In this document: positions 48,056-57,512 of the stretch, piece by piece
Layout of the letters: every line of letters begins with the position of its first letter
Numbering within the stretch: the first letter of the stretch is position 1
DNA from: Prochloron sp.
Lineage (GTDB): Bacteria; Cyanobacteriota; Cyanobacteriia; Cyanobacteriales; Prochloraceae
NCBI GenBank assembly: GCA_965198675.1
Contig: OZ240666.1
Location: 146,806-210,805, forward strand
Direction: 5' to 3'
DNA: 64,000 nt
The notes under the pieces: model-generated
Seen by the model: only the letters and a program-made list of their open reading frames with translations
Database searches by the model: none
What the model was told of the DNA's origin: nothing
Position numbers and translations under genes: made by a program

Positions 48056-48247
48056 CTCAGAATAGAAACCACTAACACTAGCTCTCTTATGGCGATCCGG
48101 GGGTAAACCCCCGGATCTGCTACCGCAGATCGCCCCACCGCGCAGTACCGTGCAGGGAGCGATCGCTTTTTAGTCACAGTGGCAAAATTACCCTAGACAT
48201 TGTATCGCTAGTTATATACAATAGGTGTAATCAACATTAATTTTTTC

Positions 48248-48940
48248 ATGAACAAAAAAGCGATATTAGGTTCAATATTTTTAATCGCTGGTTTGACTCA
48301 GCCAGTGCTAGCACAAGAAATCAACAGCGAAGAAGACTTTTGGACATGGTGCGGCCCCCAAGCTTACTACTACAATGCTCAACACCCTGATTGCGATGAA
48401 CTGCGACAAATTTGGGCACCGGAAACAAGAGAAAACCCAGTAGTGCGTCCAAGAGAAGAACATCGCTTTGTAGAAGAAACTCCAACACGAAGAAATTATG
48501 GAACCGTCATTTACCCCGCTCGCTTTGTGGCGGGGCTTGGAAGAATCAGCTTCTAACTAAGAGTTGAAGCTGAATTTGTGCCCATCACTGGAATTGGAGA
48601 GGTTCCATCATCGGATTTGCAAGGAACCTACACCTTTTTTGGCCTTATTGTCGCTCCTGTATTGAGATTTCCTCTTTCACAGTCATTGAGAACTGCATTG
48701 TTCATCTCACCGGGAGTGGGTTTTGGATCGGTGAAAGTAGATTTGGACAACAGTGATTTATTCGCTGAGGATACCAGCTTTGTTTTTCAAGTCAAAGCTG
48801 GATTTGAGGTAGAAATGTTAAAGAATTGGTTCATACTCTTACAAGGTCGATACCTGAATACTTCGGCTGGGGATACATTTATAGGTAACGAAAATATTGA
48901 GGTTTGGTCTCCAGAGCTGGGAATAAGATTTTGGTTTTAG
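48248..48940 (+). pseudogene. Outer-membrane beta-barrel protein with in-frame TAA
   Basis: Signal peptide MNKKAILGSIFLIAGLTQPVLAQE. ORFs 48248..48556 and 48578..48940 share a frame and are separated by a TAA at 48554-48556. The C-terminus ...PELGIRFWF is a beta-barrel signature. Confidence 0.6.
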
Positions 48941-49014
48941 CTTATCATAGCTCATATCTTCCTCCCTCTGCGCCCTCTGCGTCTCTGCGGTTAAATAAAA
49001 AAATACACTCTACC

Positions 49015-50895
49015 ATGAAAACAACATCCTTTGGTTCCTGGAAATCCCCCATTACTTCAGACTCTATTGTTGCTAGTACCATTGGACTACCGGCAGTTAC
49101 CCTAGATGGAGAAGATATTTATTGGTTAGAAACACGACCTAATGAAGGGGGAAGAAATGTGCTAGTAAAACACACTCCAGATGGTAAAGTAACAGATGTT
49201 ACACCCCCAGATTTTAATGTGCGGACGAAGGTCCACGAATATGGAGGCGGTGCTTTTCTGGTAGTGGAGGGTACAGTTTATTTCTCTAATTTCGCCGACG
49301 GACGTATCTATCGTCAAACCCCCAATACCCCACCCCAACCCCTGACAAAAGAAAATAAGCTGCGCTACGCTGATTTTATCCTGGACTGGAAGAGAAATCG
49401 CCTAATTTGCGTCTGCGAAGACCATAGGGAGCAACAGTCGGAACCGGAAAATACTTTAATAGGGGTAGATCTGTCCAACGGTACAGTGCAAGTTTTGGTT
49501 TCTGGGAGTGATTTTTACTCTTCTCCTCGTCTCAGTCCCGATGGAAATAGGTTAGCATGGTTGAGTTGGAACCATCCTCATATGCCTTGGGATAGTAGTG
49601 AACTGTGGTTGAGTCATATTAATGAAGATGGCACTCTTTCAGAGGAAGAACTGGTAGCTGGAGGTCCAACCGAGTCTGTTGGGGAACCCAAATGGTCCCC
49701 AGATGGAATATTATATTTCTCCAGCGATCGCCTTGGTTGGTGGCACCTCTATCGCCGCACCAACTCAGGTAAAGTAGAATCTTTATCTACCATAGAGGGG
49801 GAGTTTGCCTATCCTCATTGGGTATTTGGCATTTCTACTTATGGTTTTGCCTCTTCTGACCAGATCCTTTGTACTTATACTCAGAATGGTAGCTGGCATT
49901 TGGCTAGTTTGAATCTTAATAGTAAAGAATTACAACCTTTAGACTGTCCTTATACCAATATTTGGTGCCTTCAGGTTCGAGAAGGGGAGATTGTATTTAT
50001 TGGGGGTTCACCCACAGAAACCACAGGGGTAGTGAGTTGGAACCTGTCGTCAAAAGAAAGGAAGATACTGAAGAGAGCTAGTACCTTGAAGATTGAGGAG
50101 GGATATCTTTCCGTTCCAGAGGCGATCGCCTTTCCTACAGAGGAAGGTAAAACTGCCTATGGTTGGTATTATCCCCCGAAAAACAAAGATTACCTTGCAC
50201 CTACCGACTCCTTACCCCCAATGGTGGTGAAAAGCCATGGTGGACCCACTGCGGCGGCTTCTAGCAGCTTTAATTTAAAGATTCAATATTGGACCAGTCG
50301 GGGCTTTGCTTTCTTAGATGTAAATTATGGCGGTAGTACTGGCTATGGTAGAGAGTACCGGGAAAGGTTGGCGGGCAAATGGGGTATTGTGGACGTAGAT
50401 GATTGTGTCAATGGAGCCAAATACTTGGTAGAACAGGGAAAAGTGGATGGGAAAAAATTGGCTATTACCGGGAGTAGTGCTGGGGGTTATACCACTCTGG
50501 CAGCCCTAACTTTCCGGGATGTTTTTCAAGCAGGAGCCAGTTATTATGGCATTAGTGATTTAGAAGCCTTAGTGAGAGATACCCACAAATTCGAGTCTCG
50601 TTATCTGGATAAACTAATTGGTCCCTACCCAGAAATGCAACCATTATATCAAGAGCGCTCCCCTATTCATTTTACCCACCACCTTTCTTGTCCCATTATC
50701 TTCTTCCAAGGACTGGAAGACAAGGTTGTACCCCCTCCTCAAGCAGAAATGATGGTAAAAGCGCTGCAAGAGAAGGGATTGAATGTGGTTTATGTCCCTT
50801 TTCCGGGAGAGCAGCACGGTTTCCGTCGCGGGGAGAACATCAAAAAAGCCATCGAAGCAGAACTTAACTTTTATCACCAAATCTTCTCCCTCTAA
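49015..50895 (+). CDS. S9-family serine peptidase (prolyl oligopeptidase/dipeptidyl aminopeptidase type)
   Basis: Beta-propeller N-terminal half. Alpha/beta hydrolase with nucleophile ITGSSAGGYT, then ...GLEDKVVPP...PGEQHGF. The start is at MKTTSFGSWKSP; the upstream ORF extension is repeat-derived. Confidence 0.85.
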   Translation: MKTTSFGSWKSPITSDSIVASTIGLPAVTLDGEDIYWLETRPNEGGRNVLVKHTPDGKVTDVTPPDFNVRTKVHEYGGGAFLVVEGTVYFSNFADGRIYRQTPNTPPQPLTKENKLRYADFILDWKRNRLICVCEDHREQQSEPENTLIGVDLSNGTVQVLVSGSDFYSSPRLSPDGNRLAWLSWNHPHMPWDSSELWLSHINEDGTLSEEELVAGGPTESVGEPKWSPDGILYFSSDRLGWWHLYRRTNSGKVESLSTIEGEFAYPHWVFGISTYGFASSDQILCTYTQNGSWHLASLNLNSKELQPLDCPYTNIWCLQVREGEIVFIGGSPTETTGVVSWNLSSKERKILKRASTLKIEEGYLSVPEAIAFPTEEGKTAYGWYYPPKNKDYLAPTDSLPPMVVKSHGGPTAAASSSFNLKIQYWTSRGFAFLDVNYGGSTGYGREYRERLAGKWGIVDVDDCVNGAKYLVEQGKVDGKKLAITGSSAGGYTTLAALTFRDVFQAGASYYGISDLEALVRDTHKFESRYLDKLIGPYPEMQPLYQERSPIHFTHHLSCPIIFFQGLEDKVVPPPQAEMMVKALQEKGLNVVYVPFPGEQHGFRRGENIKKAIEAELNFYHQIFSL

Positions 50896-50938
50896 CCTTT
50901 GCGTCTTTGCGCCTTTGCGCGAAACATCATTCTAGGCC

Positions 50939-51430
50939 CTAAAGTTTCTGGATGACATTTTCGTAGCGCTGACCAATCTTTTCCCAAGTATATTCTGTCT
51001 CCACCAGAGTGCGACCATTGGTGGAAAGTTTTTCCCGCAGTTTTGGTTCGGCAAACAATCTACCAATAGCATAGACATATTCGGACAGTGTATTCGCTCT
51101 CATGGCTCGCAAAGGCACATTTGCTCTATCTACCTTCAATCCTAGCAAAGCGCGCTCGCGTAGCGGAGCCTTGCTCTCGCTTCCTACCACCGGAACTCCC
51201 GCAGCCATTGCTTCCAAGGTCTTATTTTGCAAGCCAAATCCCCGCCTAGTGGGTACAACACACACCGTTGCCCAGTGTAGGTATTCTGTCATAGATTTTA
51301 CCTCCCCTGTGACCTTAATGTTGGGGAATTCTACCAACTCTAACACTTCCGGAACTGGACAAGCACCCACTATTTCTAACCTTGCTTCCGGATAGCGATG
51401 GAGAATTTCCGGAAATATCTCCAGACTCAA
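50939..51430 (-). pseudogene. Family-1 glycosyltransferase, C-terminal fragment only
   Basis: It has the GT1 C-terminal domain pattern (VPTRRGFGLQNKTLEAMAAGVPVVGS). The N-terminal half is absent, and a dispersed repeat (51429-51478) sits at the truncation point. Confidence 0.6.
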
Positions 51431-51522
51431 TCAGTGATCTTGTACCATGACAGTTGACCAGGAGTATGATGGGGGGTTGAACCCATCAATAATTAGTTGT
51501 AGGGCGCGCCCTACGTAAGATA

Positions 51523-52716
51523 TTAGTTTTGCACAAATAAATCCATGCTTGACTTTTTTAAGAATAAATAATAAAGTTCTCCTTTATCATGAATCACTCC
51601 AGCGCGATCGCCCGCAGTAGGTCCGGTTCCGATAAAAATATCCACTCGCCCCGGTCCTTTAATGGCACCGCCCGTATCCTGATCTAACACATAACGACTA
51701 ACAAAACGGGTTTCAATTCCTCCTCGTTGGTTATAATAAGGAATGCGGGTCCTAATTAAGGCTAGAGCACCGGGAGGCATCAAGGGATAATCGGTGGCAA
51801 TGGAACGCTCTGCCGTTACAGGTACGCCGAGGTTGCCTACGGGATAGGGGTTTTCAGTTTCCTGGAAGAAAATAAACCGATTATTGAGAGGCAAATATTT
51901 GTCCAGTAATTTCGGATAGGTATGAAAACATTCCACCATCACGGGTAAACTCAATTCACCTATTTCGGTACACACTTTATCTTTAATCATTTGGCGACCG
52001 ATACTCGTGTAGGGATAGTCTGTATTGCCATTATACTTTACGCCCATGATCCTGCCGTCGGGAAAACGGAGTCGGGCAGAACCCTGAATTTCGACTAAAT
52101 ATGCCTCAAAGCGATCCCGCAGCCAAACCAGTTCGTTCCCTGCTAAGGGACTTTGTTCCCCCAAACCATTGACCCCTTGTAACTGTGCCCGAGTGGGGTG
52201 AGGTTTGGGGAAGGTGCTATCTAAGTTTGCTGGTCGACGATAGAGAGGATAGCGGTACTCTGCTGTTGGTACTGAACTAGCTTCGTAGATAGGCTCGAAA
52301 TAACCGGTAAAAATCACCTCTCCCTGATTATTGCCCACAGACTTATAAAAGACAAACTCCCGTTCTACTGCTGCTTGAAATGCTTCTGCTGAAGGGGAGG
52401 AAATCAGCAACTCCCGGAAGCGGTGCAGAGAGAGCACAATGCGTTCCCGGGTGATTCCGGTTACTGGATAATTTTCATAATCTCTTACTGCTTTGGGGGT
52501 ATTTAGATAAGTTAGACTGTGGTCGATTGATTTTATGAGGTTCTCTCGATCCCCAACAGTACCGTACATTTGCCACAACTGTTCGTCTACCCCAAGGGAA
52601 TTATTTCTGGGCTGAACCTGCCGCAGGGGTACCTCAACACCATAGAGCAAGCTGGGGTTAAGGAGAGTGAGACCTAAACTCAAGGAAATTAAAGCGATTG
52701 TTTTTTTCATTGGCAA
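51523..52716 (-). CDS. mltA: Membrane-bound lytic murein transglycosylase A
   Basis: FTGYFEPIYEAS..., EIQGSARLRFPDG..., SIATDYPLMPPGALALI, LDQDTGGAIKGPGRVDIFIGTG (3D domain). Lipoprotein-like signal. Confidence 0.85.
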   Translation of the reverse strand: MPMKKTIALISLSLGLTLLNPSLLYGVEVPLRQVQPRNNSLGVDEQLWQMYGTVGDRENLIKSIDHSLTYLNTPKAVRDYENYPVTGITRERIVLSLHRFRELLISSPSAEAFQAAVEREFVFYKSVGNNQGEVIFTGYFEPIYEASSVPTAEYRYPLYRRPANLDSTFPKPHPTRAQLQGVNGLGEQSPLAGNELVWLRDRFEAYLVEIQGSARLRFPDGRIMGVKYNGNTDYPYTSIGRQMIKDKVCTEIGELSLPVMVECFHTYPKLLDKYLPLNNRFIFFQETENPYPVGNLGVPVTAERSIATDYPLMPPGALALIRTRIPYYNQRGGIETRFVSRYVLDQDTGGAIKGPGRVDIFIGTGPTAGDRAGVIHDKGELYYLFLKKSSMDLFVQN

Positions 52717-52753
52717 ATGTGTGTCCTTCAGCCTTCAGTTGACGTCAGAGAAG

Positions 52754-53023
52754 TTAGTAACGTTCCACGCTGCCAAAAAATACTGGTTCTACCCGAATTG
52801 CCATTACACTTGCTGGACGCACTACCATATACTCCCCCTGGATATTTTGAATGGGCACGGTAATAAAGTTGTTGGATTCGAACTTAGGCAACAGTTCCCC
52901 ACTGTACCATTTCTGAAATTCTTGCACGGTGGTAAAACGCACTTCTTCCTTGTGACCGCTGGAAAGAAAAAGATGGTCTGCGAACTCGTCTGGTTTTCTT
53001 CGCTCTGCTTTTCTTGTTGGCAT
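52754..53023 (-). CDS. Hypothetical 89-aa protein
   Basis: The ORF lies 29 nt downstream of the TIR-like gene on the same strand. No family recognised. Confidence 0.4.
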   Translation of the reverse strand: MPTRKAERRKPDEFADHLFLSSGHKEEVRFTTVQEFQKWYSGELLPKFESNNFITVPIQNIQGEYMVVRPASVMAIRVEPVFFGSVERY

Positions 53024-53052
53024 ATAACACTCTGATTTTCTGGCTTTAGGGA

Positions 53053-53823
53053 CTATACAAACAAATTAAACCGCTTGAGTAGAGTTTCCATTACTGGCTG
53101 TATGGTTTGAGCTAATTCGGAACTAGCTTGAAATTTTAGCTGCTGTGAGGGGGGTAAGTCAAAGGGTAATTGTCCCGTTAAGTCTGGACGTGACCTTTCC
53201 AGGAGCAAAATTTGTCCTGGATCTTTGGTCGAGACAGCATAGCCTATTTCGACGCAAACAGTAGGATCCAGAAGTAACTGAGGCTGATCTTTTCCCGGTA
53301 GCTGAGCTATGGGGGTACTGTCAGCGATGAAGAGCAGACTTTTGCGGATTTTGCGCAGTCCGGTCTTGTTCAGACGCATTGGTGCGTCCGTGGGACGTAC
53401 AGATAGTTCCAGGGTGAGAGGGAGGCGAGATTTTTCGTTCAGGTTGTCGATGATTTGGGTGAGGGTTTCGGTTAAAGATTCTGAACCTGTGGCATATTCT
53501 CTTTGATAGCTAAAGAAGATAGTTGGGGAACCGGTGGCTACAGGATTCTGTTTGCTAAAATAGACTTCCTGAGAGATTAAATCGATATTAGCGATGGTAT
53601 AACCACCGCTTCCTTCAATGTAAAACTCAACTTTTTCTCCTTCTAGATAACGTCGGAACCAGACAGACTGTTGTACCTCCAAGCTATCGTCTAAGAAGTC
53701 AGCTCTTAAACCTGATTTGAGCAAGCTATTGCGGTTCAAACGCAAATCGTGAGGTCGTTTTATGATTGGCTCAATGGGTTCATAATGTTCTTGATACCAA
53801 GCTTTGAGTGGGATAATGGCCAT
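53053..53823 (-). CDS. Protein with unknown N-domain and possible TIR-like / nucleotide-binding C-domain
   Basis: From residue 100 it reads PTIFFSYQREY...(helix)...RKSLLFIADSTPI...PTVCVEIGYAVSTKDPGQILLL...LPFDL. This resembles the FxSY / hydrophobic-strand-D / NV.fElGyA layout of TIR-like (COG4271/MTH538-type) domains. Recognition by eye only. Confidence 0.3.
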   Translation of the reverse strand: MAIIPLKAWYQEHYEPIEPIIKRPHDLRLNRNSLLKSGLRADFLDDSLEVQQSVWFRRYLEGEKVEFYIEGSGGYTIANIDLISQEVYFSKQNPVATGSPTIFFSYQREYATGSESLTETLTQIIDNLNEKSRLPLTLELSVRPTDAPMRLNKTGLRKIRKSLLFIADSTPIAQLPGKDQPQLLLDPTVCVEIGYAVSTKDPGQILLLERSRPDLTGQLPFDLPPSQQLKFQASSELAQTIQPVMETLLKRFNLFV

Positions 53824-54429
53824 AAGGCAATTAGCAGTTAGAAGTTAACAGTTTATATTTATCTACTCATTATAACTCAAGAAGTAAAACAAATCAAATT
53901 AAATTTGATTTAGAGTTTTAAAGGGTTGTTGTAACACAATAATTATTTTGGACTAGTTAATAATAATAAATCAAAATTATTGGCTCTCTATTGGCATCTA
54001 TTAAAACCTATAGCAGTGAGCGAGTCAAGTATTTACAAACTTCTTAAAACAAACATTTACTCAAACTACGGTGGCGTTGCATCTCTATTCTGTAACTGTT
54101 CTCCAAGGTGCACTCTTCACATATAAAGTGCGATCGCTATAGGTCTTATGGGAGAGTTGGAGATAGCGCGAAGCGCTATAAATCACACTTCATACCAAGT
54201 TTCGGCATAATAGTAGCAATCTCGAAGACTAGAGCGAAGCGGTACGCTCTGGAACAAGTTTTCCTAAATCAAATATATAGCGCTACGCGCGGGTGTAGGG
54301 TGTGGGGTGGCGCCACCCGTGTGGGGAAGATAAAAGCCTTATAGAACAATACTTTTAGGAGTTGTTCTTCATCTAGACTTGTCGCAATCCCCCGTTGCTG
54401 TGCTATATCATTCCGATGCAACCGGAATT

Positions 54430-54732
54430 GATATTACGGGTTCAAGAACAACCAGGAGAGCTAGAATCAATGTTAGGGTTCTTTGCTACCTACGTCTTAG
54501 ACACTAAGTAGGTAAGCAAATTCTGAGGTTAGATATGGCAATCCTAGAACAATCCCCTTTGTATCGAGAGATAGTCGAGAATAGCGAAAAGCGAGGCATC
54601 GCGCTCGGCATTCAGCGAGTTGCATTAAATATGCTCCGTATGGGCATGGCAAGGTCGCAAGTCTCTGAGGCGACAGGACTCTCTGTTGAGCAAGTGGCTC
54701 GATTACTTGAGAAATCTTCGGTATCTGAGTAA
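54430..54732 (+). pseudogene. Rpn-family gene, copy 4 (3' fragment)
   Basis: QPGELESMLGFFATYVLDTK-stop, then MAILEQSPLYREIVENSEKRGIALGIQRVALNMLRMGMARSQVSEATGLSVEQVARLLEKSSVSE. It is homologous to the last third of 26066..26914. Confidence 0.6.
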
Positions 54733-54802
54733 GCGATCGCTCTTTTTGGTCACTTTCAAGGTACGTGGTAACTGGTAACTAATTACTGGTAACTGTTTGA
54801 AA

Positions 54803-54875
54803 TACCCCCAAGGGAATTCGAATCCCTGTCGCCTCCGTGAAAGGGAGGTGTCCTAGGCCTCTAGACGATGGGGGC
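54803..54875 (-). tRNA. tRNA-Glu (UUC)
   Basis: The reverse complement GCCCCCATCGTCTAGAGGCCTAGGACACCTCCCTTTCACGGAGGCGACAGGGATTCGAATTCCCTTGGGGGTA folds as a clean cloverleaf. Confidence 0.9.
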
Positions 54876-55265
54876 TTGTTTTTTGAACCTTTATAAATAT
54901 AACTAATATTTTTTCCAGTGTCAACCCCTTTTTGGAAAAATATTCAAAAAAATTTTTTTTCCCTACCCTGACCCACTCACCGAGTCTCAGGAACCACCGT
55001 GTCGCAACTGTTGTAAACGCTCCTTGGCTTCTGGAGTAAGGGAATTAAAAAGAAAACGACCCGGAGATTTTTTGTTGGGTCGTTTTTTGCGCTTCAGTCG
55101 AGTAGTTGCCATGTCCACCTCTCTTGCCAGTCTTTGAGCAGACATGGATTCCGCTCCATATCCCAAGACAGTTAGCTGCTGGGCCCGATCTGAAGTTGCC
55201 ACAATCAGTCGAGAATACTGGGGATACCCCTGGTGCTGACGTCGAGCGCAAACTTTTTCGGTATA

Positions 55266-56167
55266 GAACCCATTTGAGATCTCTGTTGTGGAGTAAAATA
55301 GGGAAAAAATGCCGTACTCAAGTAGTTTGACAGACGGGGAGTGGAAAATAATAGAACCTCTGTTGCCCAAAAAGAAACAGACAAGACCACCAAAATGGAG
55401 TAAAAGGCAGATTTTAGATGGTATCTTGTACCAATTAAAGAATGGTTGTAATTGGTGTGACTTACCCAAAGACTTGCCCCCCTATTCCACAGTATTTTGG
55501 TACTACAAACAGTGGCGATCGCTTGGGGTAATCGAAGCAATCAGAGATATCTTGCATAGTAGAGTCCGTCAGCAAGTTAAAAAAAAAGGGCAATGGACAA
55601 CCCTAATCATCATTGACTCCCAAGCGGTAAAAAATACCTGTAACGCCAGTGTAAAGTCGAAAGGGTTTTGTTTTTACAAGTCTACCAATGGTCTTAAAAG
55701 ACATCTAGCAGTAGATACTTTGGGCTTTCCTTTTTTTAGTCATTGCACCAAAGCATCGGTATCTGACGATGTGGGTTTGATTGAAATGTTATCGAAAAAC
55801 ATAGATTATTTCAAGTCTAAACCAGTCAACATCCCCAAGATTACCATTTTGCTTGACCATGGATATCACCCAGAAAAACTGACCCAGGAATTACATAAAA
55901 TTTATCCGGCGATTATGACTAAGATTAGATTTAAGGTCTCCCGTAAACCATCAAAAGCTCAAAAGAAAAAGAAAGGAAAAACCGGTTTTGTGCCAGTAAA
56001 AGCGCGGTGGGTGATTGAAAGAACTAATTCGTGGATGGAAAGATGCAAGAGTTTGGTCAAAAACTTTGAAAGGACTCTTGAGCAGGCTAATACCAAGATT
56101 AGTCTATGTTTTGTCCGACTGATGCTTAAAAGGCTAGCCACTACTTAAAAAGATCTCAAATGGGTTC
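55266..56167 (+). mobile_element. IS5-family insertion sequence (902 bp) with 17-bp perfect terminal inverted repeats and 4-bp TATA target duplication
   Basis: Left IR GAACCCATTTGAGATCT (55266-55282), right IR AGATCTCAAATGGGTTC (56151-56167). The element is flanked by TATA at 55262-55265 and 56168-56171. Confidence 0.85.
55309..56148 (+). CDS. IS5-family DDE transposase
   Basis: MPYSSSLTDGEWKIIEPLLPKKK...RQILDGILYQLKNGCNWCDLPKDLPPYSTVFWYYKQW is the DUF4096-type N-terminus. It is followed by the DDE domain (IIIDSQAVKN..., LDHGY..., RWVIERTNSW). Confidence 0.85.
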   Translation: MPYSSSLTDGEWKIIEPLLPKKKQTRPPKWSKRQILDGILYQLKNGCNWCDLPKDLPPYSTVFWYYKQWRSLGVIEAIRDILHSRVRQQVKKKGQWTTLIIIDSQAVKNTCNASVKSKGFCFYKSTNGLKRHLAVDTLGFPFFSHCTKASVSDDVGLIEMLSKNIDYFKSKPVNIPKITILLDHGYHPEKLTQELHKIYPAIMTKIRFKVSRKPSKAQKKKKGKTGFVPVKARWVIERTNSWMERCKSLVKNFERTLEQANTKISLCFVRLMLKRLATT

Positions 56168-56480
56168 TATAGGTATCTGCTGTCTGGGCAAAAGCCGTAT
56201 AATACACAGACAAATCCCGGGTATGACTTTCGCTATGGGCCGGAGTATTCTGATAATGGGCGTCAAAAACGATTTCCGTCTTATAGCCCACAATAGCAGT
56301 GTAATTAATTAAAACTTCTACCAACTCTCCTCTAGCTGAGGAAAGCCCATCATTATCCCTGGTCTTTTTCAGAGACGACCAAGTACCGATGACGTTATAA
56401 CCGTCAACGAGTAGGAGTACTGGGTCTGATTTGGAGGACATTTTTGCTGGTGGGAGGTTGGTTGGATAGTTCTTAAGAAT

Positions 56481-57185
56481 TTACTCATTATTATACTCTG
56501 CGTAATTTGTACGGAGTACAATCTCCAGCAGTCTTTCTCTGAGATGTTGTGGTTCTCCTCGATCTACAACCTTCCCACCGTCCAGCAAAAAAGCACCATC
56601 GCAATAGTTCAACTCTTCTAAGCGGTGGGTAACCCAGAGGGCAGTTAAGCCGCGACTTTTAACTAACCGTTGTACCTGTGCCACTAGCTCTAACTGAGCA
56701 TCGGGATCCAGGAGAGCCGTGGGTTCGTCTAGGAGTAAGGTCTCGCAGCGACGAGCGATGGCTCCCGCGATGGCAATCCGTTGCTTTTGCCCCCCGCTGA
56801 GAGCGTAAATGGGCCTTCTGGCCAAATCCAGAAGATTCACTGCTTCCAGCGAGGAGGCCACTCGCTCTCTTACTTTAGCTAAAGACAGCTTTTCTGCCAC
56901 CAGTCCAAAAGCCACGTCTGCCCCTACTGTGGGCATTACTAGCTGGCGATCGGGATTTTGAAAGACAAAACCTACTGGCTGGGTAATTTCAATTTGCCCT
57001 CCACAGGAGGGCAATAGTCCTGCTAGCAACCGCAGTAATGTAGATTTGCCGCTGCCATTATTCCCCAAGAGCATCCAAAATTCTCCCTTAGGTACTTCCA
57101 GAGAGCAGGATTTTAACAAGGGCTTTTCTGGACTCCAGCTAAAGTCTAAATCTTGCACTCTAATGGCACTGGCTGATGAATTCAT
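56481..57185 (-). CDS. ABC transporter ATP-binding protein (energy-coupling-factor/CbiO-like)
   Basis: Walker A GNNGSGKSTLL, signature LSGGQKQRIAIAGA, Walker B LLLDEPTALLD. Confidence 0.75.
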   Translation of the reverse strand: MNSSASAIRVQDLDFSWSPEKPLLKSCSLEVPKGEFWMLLGNNGSGKSTLLRLLAGLLPSCGGQIEITQPVGFVFQNPDRQLVMPTVGADVAFGLVAEKLSLAKVRERVASSLEAVNLLDLARRPIYALSGGQKQRIAIAGAIARRCETLLLDEPTALLDPDAQLELVAQVQRLVKSRGLTALWVTHRLEELNYCDGAFLLDGGKVVDRGEPQHLRERLLEIVLRTNYAEYNNE

Positions 57186-57418
57186 TCCTTTTCAGCTGCC
57201 GTAAAGAAACCCGGGGCCTTCCCAGAGGCTGTGGTGCTAGATTTCTGGGACACTATTACAGCGCAGACATGTTCTGACAGGACAGCTATTTGTTTATCCG
57301 GCTGCTTTTCGCAGGTCAATTCCAGCATTTGCTTGGTACGGGATCCCATTGCTTTCACAATTTCCCGGTATAGCTTAAGGGCATCCTCTTTTTCTTTCCG
57401 TTGCACCGAGAGGGTCAT
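57182..57418 (-). CDS. Hypothetical small protein, co-transcribed with the ABC ATPase
   Basis: MTLSVQRKEKEDALKLYREIVKAM... It overlaps the downstream gene by 4 nt. The TTG start at 57439 in the ORF track abuts the intron 3' end, so I prefer the ATG at 57418. Confidence 0.4.
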   Translation of the reverse strand: MTLSVQRKEKEDALKLYREIVKAMGSRTKQMLELTCEKQPDKQIAVLSEHVCAVIVSQKSSTTASGKAPGFFTAAEKE

Positions 57419-57512
57419 CGGTGTGTTCTTCACAGTCAAGTCGGGTAAGGTTCAGGAATCACTTCCCTCCCCTCCCCTAAGAACCGGACGTGACAGTTTC
57501 CTATCATCCGGC

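Larger units (their letters stand above)
54987..56441 (-). pseudogene. NYN-domain (YacP-like) RNase gene split by an IS5-family insertion
   Basis: The N-terminal part is MSSKSDPVLLLVDGYNVIGTW...YYTAFAQTADTY (56441-56172). The C-terminal part is TEKVCARRQHQGY...ATSDRAQQ... (55261-54987). Removing the IS plus one TATA copy restores TADTYTEKVCA in frame. Confidence 0.75.

Noticed and set aside
20945-48556. The idea that the in-frame stops (TGA 20945, TAG 25053, TGA 30221, TAG 36804, TAA 48554) reflect recoding: selenocysteine, pyrrolysine or stop-to-Trp reassignment.
   Set aside because: All three stop codons are involved. The same codons terminate the intact housekeeping genes normally. No SECIS-like context was seen. 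The window also contains many frameshifts and deletions. Pseudogenisation, or sequencing error, is the simpler explanation.
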